Assembly: GCA_021734325.1 (NCBI GenBank)
Contig: JAIPJF010000006.1
Coordinates: 35,692-99,691, forward strand
Direction: 5' to 3'
Length of the DNA: 64,000 bases
DNA from: Fidelibacterota bacterium
GTDB taxonomy: Bacteria; Fidelibacterota; UBA8477; JABMPR01
Shown: piece after piece, positions 36,350-43,719 of the stretch
Layout of the letters: each line of letters begins with the position of its first letter
Numbering within the stretch: position 1 is the first letter of the stretch
Made by a program: the position numbers and the translations under genes
Notes under the pieces: generated by a model
Database searches by the model: none
Told to the model about the DNA's origin: nothing
Seen by the model: only the letters and a program-made list of their open reading frames with translations

Positions 36350-36574
36350 ATGCATATAAAAATTGAATACTGTGTATCCTGAAACTATCTACCAAGAGCA
36401 ACCAGTTTGGTTGCAGATATTCTTGAGAGATTTGGGAATGACGTTGAATCTCTCACCATCCTGCCTTCAGGTGGTGGTGTATATGAGATATGGCGAGATG
36501 ATGAACTGATCTTTTCCAAAAAACAACTCTCGCGCTTCCCCCATTCAAGTGATGAGGTCATGAACCTCTTTTAG
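36350..36574 (+). CDS. SelT/SelW/SelH (Rdx) family selenoprotein, UGA = Sec at 36380
   Basis: AAGGAG RBS; MHIKIEYCVS-U-NYLPRATSLVADIL...SGGGVYEIWRDDELIFSKKQLSRFPHSSDEVMNLF; CxxU motif and family C-terminal motif read through the in-frame TGA. Confidence 0.92.
36386..36419 (+). promoter_or_regulatory. Bacterial SECIS-like hairpin
   Basis: Lower stem TATCT/AGATA, upper stem GCAACCA/TGGTTGC, G-containing apical loop about 22 nt after the UGA. Confidence 0.75.
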
Positions 36575-36818
36575 TTGAGCGATATTCCACAAGGAGGAAT
36601 TGTACACGTGCAGATGGGCAGTATTCTTCTTACTCGCTGGTAGGCGCGTTCTCTGCTGGTATTTCCGGTGCTCATTCATACCATATTTATCCTGGATCAC
36701 AGTAAATTTTATGGTCGGCAATTAGCTTTATGCTGTATAGCTTGGTGGCTGGGTTTGGAAATAATATTAACAAACTATAAAACAACCGGTAAACGGTTTA
36801 TGAGTTTTGGAGATTAAC

Positions 36819-37757
36819 ATGTTTCGATACGCGGGAAAATTCGCACTTTCACTATTCATCCTTACAGGATTTGTCTGGGCAGAGCAAATTGTCACAACTG
36901 GTGAGCCCATGCCACTGACCAACGCAGGTGATATCTATCTGGCACCAAAATGGTCACCTGATGGTTCGCAACTTGCCGTGAGTGGAAGTAAGTATACAGG
37001 GATTTATCTGATCAATATTCCCGGTGGAGAGATGAAAATGCTGACTGATCATGATGGCGCTGGATACGGCCTTTCCTGGTCCCCGAAAGGTGATGCCATT
37101 GCAGCCCAGATTTCCAATTATGTCAACTACAGCAGGCAAACTCAACTGATGCTTTTTAAGTTAGATGGATCCGAAAAGGCCTTGTCAGAGAAAAAACATT
37201 CCATCGCGGGAATTCCAAGCTGGTCCAAAACCGGAGAACATGTCTACTTAAAGTCTGGGACCAAGTTTCAAGCTTTTGCAACCGATGTTGAGAAGGCCGA
37301 TCCAATGACAGGCTCCATTGTTTATCTTAATAACCTTGGCGTATATAAAAGAGAGCTGGAAAGCGAAACTGAGATATTGATCTCTGATCCTCAGCAGAGA
37401 GTCCTACACCTGGCAATCTCACCCTCTGGTGATCAATTTGTGTATTCAACTGTCGGGGAAATGTTATGGCTTGCAAATATTGATGGGTCCCAACGGAAAA
37501 AACTTGGTCGCGGAACAGCCCCAGACTGGTCTCCCGATGGCAGGTGGATCGTCTCCATGATAACCAGCGATGATGGTCATGTGTTTACCAGTGCTGACTT
37601 GATCATTTATAATGCCACAAGTGGTGTCGCCACCAGACTCACCCAGACTCCGGAGATACACGAAATGCATCCAGCATGGTCTCCAGATGGGAAATGGATC
37701 GCATATGAAAATGAACATGACGGTCGTATCTGGCTTGTTGAAGTGGAGGAGAATTAG
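36819..37757 (+). CDS. TolB-like beta-propeller protein (PD40 repeats), secreted
   Basis: Signal peptide; repeated P.WSPDG motifs (PKWSPDGS, LSWSPKG, PDWSPDGR, PAWSPDGK). Confidence 0.85.
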   Translation: MFRYAGKFALSLFILTGFVWAEQIVTTGEPMPLTNAGDIYLAPKWSPDGSQLAVSGSKYTGIYLINIPGGEMKMLTDHDGAGYGLSWSPKGDAIAAQISNYVNYSRQTQLMLFKLDGSEKALSEKKHSIAGIPSWSKTGEHVYLKSGTKFQAFATDVEKADPMTGSIVYLNNLGVYKRELESETEILISDPQQRVLHLAISPSGDQFVYSTVGEMLWLANIDGSQRKKLGRGTAPDWSPDGRWIVSMITSDDGHVFTSADLIIYNATSGVATRLTQTPEIHEMHPAWSPDGKWIAYENEHDGRIWLVEVEEN

Positions 37758-37760
37758 ATC

Positions 37761-40250
37761 ATGAAGCATCTCATCTCATCTCTTTTCATACTTGCCTTAA
37801 GCCTCAATGCCCAGGTCACCGGTCTTTCCGACTGGAGTCTGTTTATCGATCCCGGTCACAGCCAGCACGAGAACATGGGGGTTAATGGGTATTCAGAAGC
37901 TGAGTCAAATCTTAAAGAAGCCCTCCATCTCAAGGATCTGCTGACGACCAAAACGGATATTGGCATTGTGTGGACTTCCAGGACAAACGACACCGAATTA
38001 GTCGGTCTCTATGACCGATCCGTTATGGCGAATAATCTTCATGCAGACTGGTTCCACTCAATACATAGCAATGCCCCCTCATCAACAAATTCGACGGTGC
38101 TCCTGCTTTACGGTGAGAAAAGTCCCGGTGTTGAAAAGACCCCCAATGGTGGCAAGGCCATGAGCCATATCATGGATGATATAATGGCCAACGCCATGCG
38201 GATTCCAAAGGCAGGTGGTCAGGGTACATACGGTGATTGTGTATTCTATGGCGTCTCATCTGGACCGTATCTCTCAGTCAACCGAAATACACTCATGGCA
38301 AGTGAGCTTAGTGAATCGGGACACCATACCGTTCCCTGGCAGAACAACCGACAAATGAACAATGAACACGCACGCCTGGTCGCTTACAGCATTTTCTGGT
38401 CAGTGCTTGATCTCAAAGGGATCACCAGACCCTATCCTGGAATTCTGACCGGCATTGTAAGTGATATTGAATCAAAGGTTCCTGTCAATGGCGCAACCAT
38501 AGAGGTAAACGGTGAATCCTACACGACGGATACTTATGAATCACTGTTTTACAAGTATACCACTAATCCTGACAAACTGCATAACGGGTTCTATTATTTT
38601 GAAGACCTTCCCGATCAGGCTATGGAGGTCATCGTTTCTGCCCCGGGGTATTATCCAGACACATTACAAATAACAGATATGGTAAATAATTTTGCCACTT
38701 TTCTGGATGTTTCTCTCATCCCCAATACTCCACCAATTGTTCTGGAGTCACATCCGGCACAGGGAGATACAAGTTATCCAGCCTGGCAGATTCCCAATTT
38801 CAGTTTTTCCCGAGCCATGAATGATACATCACTTGAATCTGCATTTTCGGTAGATCCCTTTTTTGATGGTACCTTCTATTTCTCTTCAGATCACAAGCTC
38901 ATGGCGTATGTACCAACAGATACGCTCGAATTTCTTATGGACTATACAATAACGATCAAAGGAACAGCCACAGACATCTATGACCACCCCCTGGATGGCA
39001 ATCAGGATGGTGTTGGAGGAGATGATTGGGTAATCAGCTTTAGAACTGGACCACCGGATCTCACGGCACCGGAAATCACTAACATCTACCCTGCATCTGG
39101 CAACGACATGATCGACCTACACCCTGTGTTCAATATTGTCTGGGATGAAGAACTTGATCCAGAAAGTATCTCAAACGATCTGATCAAGCTGGAGCATCTC
39201 AATGACCTGCAGCTACAGGAAACCTATTTAGAGCATCATGTCATTAATAACCGCAGCGTTCTTGTACTCTACACCACACAGGTTTTGAGCTATGCTCAGT
39301 CCTATCAGCTACGCGTTTTGTCTGGTTTCACAGATCTGTTTGGAAATGTGCAAAGCAGCACCAGGACCATTATCTTTACAACACCAAATTATGGGTATGA
39401 AGTCACAAGCATAGATAATTTTGACAGTGGGATTTCTGCCAATTGGTGGACACCAACGACAAGCGGGAGTACAGAAGGCGTCATTGGTCCAGAAACATCT
39501 GTTGTAGCAAGTACGGCTGTCAGGGCCTTGAACCTGCAGAGCACGACTTCCATGCGTTTGAATTACAGTTGGGATGCAGAAGCTGGAACCTGGTTGATCA
39601 GGGAATATTTATCAGCTGGCACCCCGCGTAGTGTTACCTTTAACAGCTCAAAAATGCTTCAAGCGTATGTGTTCGGTGATGGAAGTGGAAACTTGTTCCG
39701 CTTTGCTTTGGATGATCGCTATCCAACATCTGCCGCTGAAAATCATGAGGTAAGCCCCTGGTTTGTAGTCGACTGGTACGGCTGGCGACTGGTCAGTTGG
39801 GATATGACCCATGATGGCACCGGAACCTGGTTGGGTGATGGTAATCTTGATGGTACCCTTCGTTTTGATAGTATCCAGCTTGGTCACACAGCGGGCAAAT
39901 CCACTACTGGTACTTTTTATATTGATGATCTGCGTGTGACGACACGCAATTATCTCGCTCTCGATGGCAACACTGGGATTCTACCCATGGAGTTCGCCCT
40001 GTTGCCCAATTATCCCAACCCCTTTAATCCCTGGACGACCATTCCCTTCACCCTTCCTGAAGCTTCTGATGTCAGCGTGGACATCTATAATCTGAAGGGT
40101 GAACTGATTGAGCAGGTCCTCGGAGGTTCCTTAGAGGCCGGTCAGCATGTGACACGCTGGAACGCTTCCCATGTTGCTTCAGGCATTTATCTGGTCAGGC
40201 TGTCTGCTCCAGGTGCCTCCGTCTCGCGGAAAATAACGGTTCTTAAATAG
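37761..40250 (+). CDS. N-acetylmuramoyl-L-alanine amidase (Amidase_3) with Ig-like domains and C-terminal T9SS/FlgD-like domain
   Basis: FIDPGHSQ...SEAESN, SRT, HSIHSNA, ELSESG zinc-ligand pattern; two Big_5-like repeats (FSRAMN, WDEELD); NYPNPFNP...SGIYLV tail. Confidence 0.85.
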   Translation: MKHLISSLFILALSLNAQVTGLSDWSLFIDPGHSQHENMGVNGYSEAESNLKEALHLKDLLTTKTDIGIVWTSRTNDTELVGLYDRSVMANNLHADWFHSIHSNAPSSTNSTVLLLYGEKSPGVEKTPNGGKAMSHIMDDIMANAMRIPKAGGQGTYGDCVFYGVSSGPYLSVNRNTLMASELSESGHHTVPWQNNRQMNNEHARLVAYSIFWSVLDLKGITRPYPGILTGIVSDIESKVPVNGATIEVNGESYTTDTYESLFYKYTTNPDKLHNGFYYFEDLPDQAMEVIVSAPGYYPDTLQITDMVNNFATFLDVSLIPNTPPIVLESHPAQGDTSYPAWQIPNFSFSRAMNDTSLESAFSVDPFFDGTFYFSSDHKLMAYVPTDTLEFLMDYTITIKGTATDIYDHPLDGNQDGVGGDDWVISFRTGPPDLTAPEITNIYPASGNDMIDLHPVFNIVWDEELDPESISNDLIKLEHLNDLQLQETYLEHHVINNRSVLVLYTTQVLSYAQSYQLRVLSGFTDLFGNVQSSTRTIIFTTPNYGYEVTSIDNFDSGISANWWTPTTSGSTEGVIGPETSVVASTAVRALNLQSTTSMRLNYSWDAEAGTWLIREYLSAGTPRSVTFNSSKMLQAYVFGDGSGNLFRFALDDRYPTSAAENHEVSPWFVVDWYGWRLVSWDMTHDGTGTWLGDGNLDGTLRFDSIQLGHTAGKSTTGTFYIDDLRVTTRNYLALDGNTGILPMEFALLPNYPNPFNPWTTIPFTLPEASDVSVDIYNLKGELIEQVLGGSLEAGQHVTRWNASHVASGIYLVRLSAPGASVSRKITVLK

Positions 40251-40280
40251 GATGGATGCTTAAGCCTTCGCGAGATTCCC

Positions 40281-41165
40281 ATGATAAGTAGACTTGTTAT
40301 CCTGCTTTTTTTGAGCTGTTCATTCTTGATGGCAGATTTGGATATTAAACAAGCATCTGCACCATCCAGTTGGTCGGACAAGGCAGAAGAGGACCTGATC
40401 TCCCTGATCGCCAAGAACGATAACGGCCGGAAGGTCTACTCGCGTGTTATTAAACGATTACGTCGCAGCGGCGTACCGCTTACCTATGCCTGGCAAGTGT
40501 TTTCCGACCCTGGTATTACGATAGACGAAAGTATCTCAGAACGCTTTTCCAGACCAGCGGAAAAAATGGAATACTCGGATTATCGCCGAATCTTTGTGAA
40601 TAATCAAAGAATTGACGGCGGTGTGAAATTTTATGCTGAGCATAAGGATCTTTTAAATCTGGTATCGGATAAATATGGCGTTGATCCCTATCTCATTCTG
40701 AGTTTTGTCGGTGTGGAGACTCAATATGGATTGTATACCTCAACTTATTCCGTCTTTAACTCCCTCCACACCATTATCCACACCATGCCTCGTCGGGACA
40801 AGTGGGCAGAAGATGAAATGGTGGCCTGGTTCATGATCTGCCGACTTGATGGTCTGGGTCCCCATGATGTCAAGGGTTCCTATGCCGGCGCTTTCGGATA
40901 TGGTCAATTCATGCCCACCAGCTTCAAGCAATATGCCGTTGATATGGATGGGGACGGATCTCGAGAGCCCTATGAATGGGCCGACGTCTTCGGAAGCATT
41001 GCCAATTATTTATTAAAACGCGGCAATTATCAGACTGATAGTCTGGATTTTTCAGAAGACTCTGCCAACTGGCGGGCTGTCTACAAATACAACCCATCGA
41101 AAAATTATGTGAAGGCTGTTCTAGAATTGCGGGCCGAATTGCAAACGGCCATCAATAAGTCTTAA
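40281..41165 (+). CDS. mltB: Lytic murein transglycosylase B family
   Basis: KYGVDP...GVETQYG, GSYAGAFGYGQFMPTSF, AVDMDGDG, SIANYL, YNPS..YV.AV. Confidence 0.9.
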   Translation: MISRLVILLFLSCSFLMADLDIKQASAPSSWSDKAEEDLISLIAKNDNGRKVYSRVIKRLRRSGVPLTYAWQVFSDPGITIDESISERFSRPAEKMEYSDYRRIFVNNQRIDGGVKFYAEHKDLLNLVSDKYGVDPYLILSFVGVETQYGLYTSTYSVFNSLHTIIHTMPRRDKWAEDEMVAWFMICRLDGLGPHDVKGSYAGAFGYGQFMPTSFKQYAVDMDGDGSREPYEWADVFGSIANYLLKRGNYQTDSLDFSEDSANWRAVYKYNPSKNYVKAVLELRAELQTAINKS

Positions 41166-41698
41166 TTTTTTGTCGGTCTGATCATTGCGGGATATATCCC
41201 CAGGATCACATATATCAGCGCCAAAATAATCAGAAAAAATTTGGGTAAAGCACACCACCTGGCCAGAATTGGCAGAAACTCACTCTGCGATCCAGTAAGC
41301 AATTTTATCAGGGCAATGTTTTCAATGACATCAAGCATGGCCGCCAGGAATACAGCTCTTGCCAACCAGATACCGCTTTGCTTAATCAGGGGATGAACGA
41401 ATTTATCCGCGATTAGGCGACAAGCCATAGCCAGGGTCAGGCTGTAGAGTACAATAAAAAGGAAATCCAGCCCCATGTTTATTCCGGCCCAGGTCATGGA
41501 TTGACCTTGCCATGAATTTATGATATCCAGACTACCCTCTAAGGTGCCTATTATTTCAAACGTGACAATGCCGCCTGGAGCTGCATCCGTTTTCAGTGGA
41601 CCACCGGTTAGCTGCATTCCAATAATGACCACAATGGTAAACGCGAATAAAACCCAGAAGGTTCGGGATTGGTTTTCCCGGTTCAGGATTTGGAGCAT
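41162..41698 (-). CDS. Hypothetical membrane protein
   Basis: 178 aa with about four TM segments, LDF.F..LY and D..EN motifs; family not recognised. Confidence 0.7.
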   Translation of the reverse strand: MLQILNRENQSRTFWVLFAFTIVVIIGMQLTGGPLKTDAAPGGIVTFEIIGTLEGSLDIINSWQGQSMTWAGINMGLDFLFIVLYSLTLAMACRLIADKFVHPLIKQSGIWLARAVFLAAMLDVIENIALIKLLTGSQSEFLPILARWCALPKFFLIILALIYVILGIYPAMIRPTKN

Positions 41699-41701
41699 TG
41701 T

Positions 41702-42520
41702 CTACTCTCCCTCCTGAAAGAGATGCACATCTCTCTGTGGATAGGGAATCTTGATTCCGGCCTCATCCAGGGCAAGTTTGATCTTTTCAATAAGATCGAA
41801 TTTTAAATCCCAGTATTCTTCTGTCTTGACCCAGGGACGCACGAAAAAGTTGACGCTGCTGTCTGCCAGCTCTGAGACCACGATCATTGGTTTCGGATCC
41901 TTCAGTATCCGCTCATCAGATTCAAGAATATTTTTGAATATTGCCTTGGCAGCGAGAATATTCGATTCATAGGAGATACCAAAGACCAGATCCAGTCGAC
42001 GTGTTGGATTCGCAGTGATATTTGTGATAACCCCATTGGTGATCTGACCATTTGGGACGATCAAGCGTTGATTATCAAAAGTCAAAAATATTGTGTTAAA
42101 GACGCTGATATGTTCAACTTTTCCAGTGACGCCTCCGGCCGTGACTGTATCACCGATCTTAAATGGACGAAAGAATACCAGCATGACACCGCTGGCAATA
42201 TTTCCCAATGAATCTTTCAGGGCAAGGCCAACAGCTAAACCGGCAGCACCAAAGATGGCCAGAAAAGAGCTGGTGTTTATACCAAGCTGATCGGCAGAGG
42301 CCATAAGTACAACAATCAGCAGGGCATAATAGCTAAGATTATTCAAAAATACGACCAGGGTCTCATCAATATTCTGTCGACGGAGAAGTTTTACAAACAA
42401 AGCGATGATTCGATGGGCAAGCCATCGCCCTATCACAAATATGAGGACCGCTCCCAGAATATTCCAGGCATAATCGGTTGAAAAAATGATAATTTTTTCT
42501 GTAATGGCATTGATATCCAT
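41702..42520 (-). CDS. mscS: Small-conductance mechanosensitive channel
   Basis: GAAGLAVGLALKDSLGNIASG, RPFKIGD, IVPNG, ISYESN, LADSSVNF, IPYPQRDV. Confidence 0.95.
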   Translation of the reverse strand: MDINAITEKIIIFSTDYAWNILGAVLIFVIGRWLAHRIIALFVKLLRRQNIDETLVVFLNNLSYYALLIVVLMASADQLGINTSSFLAIFGAAGLAVGLALKDSLGNIASGVMLVFFRPFKIGDTVTAGGVTGKVEHISVFNTIFLTFDNQRLIVPNGQITNGVITNITANPTRRLDLVFGISYESNILAAKAIFKNILESDERILKDPKPMIVVSELADSSVNFFVRPWVKTEEYWDLKFDLIEKIKLALDEAGIKIPYPQRDVHLFQEGE

Positions 42521-42549
42521 ATCAACTCCCCTTTATTAAATAATGGTGA

Positions 42550-42675
42550 TCATTCAGGCTGATCTGTTTCCAGCAGGCGGGATTTTTCGATGTTCATATT
42601 ATCTTTCTCTGTACAGCCAGTCATCATTGTGATCAAAATAACCAGGACAATGGGAAAATATGCTGCTCTTTTCAT
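42550..42675 (-). pseudogene. Very short lipoprotein-like ORF, probably a truncated remnant
   Basis: MKRAAYFPIVLVILITMMTGC signal/lipobox, then only 20 more residues before TGA. Confidence 0.4.
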
Positions 42676-42694
42676 ACGCGAGACCTGTGTTGAA

Positions 42695-43048
42695 TTACTT
42701 TTTAATATCAATAACATCGTCCTGGTTGGGAACCAGACACAGGAATTGAAAAGCGTCATCACTGAGGGTTTTGTATGAATGGGGTACACCGGCGGGGATG
42801 AAAACAACATCATTCTTTTTTACAATAATGGTTTCATTCCCAATCACCACTTCGGCTTCTCCTCCCAGGCAAAATTGCTCATGCTCAACTGAATTTGTAT
42901 GCAGAGGCATAAATCCGCCTGGTTCGATGATGAATCTTCGCATGGCAAAATTGGGTGCCTCATCAGCTGAGATTAGGATTTGCTTTGATGTTTTCTCACC
43001 ATCCTTGATGGCGACAATGGGTGGGGTATTCAAGTTCTTTACTGACAT
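42695..43048 (-). CDS. Cupin domain protein
   Basis: NFAMRRF, PLHTNSVEHE, FIPAGVPHSY. Confidence 0.9.
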   Translation of the reverse strand: MSVKNLNTPPIVAIKDGEKTSKQILISADEAPNFAMRRFIIEPGGFMPLHTNSVEHEQFCLGGEAEVVIGNETIIVKKNDVVFIPAGVPHSYKTLSDDAFQFLCLVPNQDDVIDIKK

Positions 43049-43068
43049 ATTATTCCTTTAGAAATTGA

Positions 43069-43719
43069 TCAAATAGTTTGTTTCTCTTTGGCAGAAAGAT
43101 AATAATGCCATAATATCCTTGCAGCAACAGCTCTATAGGGTCTCCACTTTTCACTAAAAGATTGAAATTCATCTGCTGTTGGCCGTGCATCCAACCTGAA
43201 TAAGGCTTGTATGGCAACGACTAATGCCAGATCCCCCGCTGGCCAGATATCAGGCCTTCTGAGCGCCATCAATAGATAAATATTTGCTGTCCAGGGACCA
43301 ATCCCGGTCAAAGATACAAGTTTTTTAAAGACTTTTTCGTCCTCCATTTGATTGAAGTCATCCAGTTTCAAGTGGCCATCAAAGATTTTCTGTGCCAGAT
43401 TTCTGGTATAGCGTGTTTTTTGCCGACTGTAGCCGATGTCCAGCAATGCTTCATCAGCAAGACCTAAAAAATGCTCTGGGGTCAAGGTGGGCAAGCGGAT
43501 CAGCAACTTATCAAAACATGCTCTCGCCGATGCGAGTGAAACCTGTTGTTCCAGAATAATATGAACCAGGGTTGGGAAACCAGGCTCTCTGGCCCACAAA
43601 GGTGGCGGCCCATATTTCTTTACGATGGCATCAAACACTGGTTCCCGCTCACAGAGATATTTTACACCCTCGGCCAGGCCATGCGCATCCAGTGAGGCAA
43701 TACTTGAGGCCATCAGCAT
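43069..43719 (-). CDS. DNA-3-methyladenine glycosylase II family (HhH-GPD)
   Basis: ILEQQVS, GYSRQK, LTGIGPWTA, DIWPAGDLAL, WRPYRAVAA..LWH. Confidence 0.9.
   Translation of the reverse strand: MLMASSIASLDAHGLAEGVKYLCEREPVFDAIVKKYGPPPLWAREPGFPTLVHIILEQQVSLASARACFDKLLIRLPTLTPEHFLGLADEALLDIGYSRQKTRYTRNLAQKIFDGHLKLDDFNQMEDEKVFKKLVSLTGIGPWTANIYLLMALRRPDIWPAGDLALVVAIQALFRLDARPTADEFQSFSEKWRPYRAVAARILWHYYLSAKEKQTI

Noticed and set aside
36380-36382. Genome-wide UGA reassignment (code 4 or 25) as the explanation for the in-frame TGA
   Set aside because: TGA ends many conserved genes at the expected position (otr, ZIP, mocA, xdhC, radical SAM), so the standard code applies.
36591-36643. Strong AAGGAGG followed by short plus-strand ORFs
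   Set aside because: The TTG start is too close to the SD and the GTG start gives only 11 codons with no recognisable features.
42550-42552. Selenocysteine read-through of the short lipoprotein's TGA
   Set aside because: There is no redox motif or SECIS-like hairpin, and the continuation runs out of frame over mscS.
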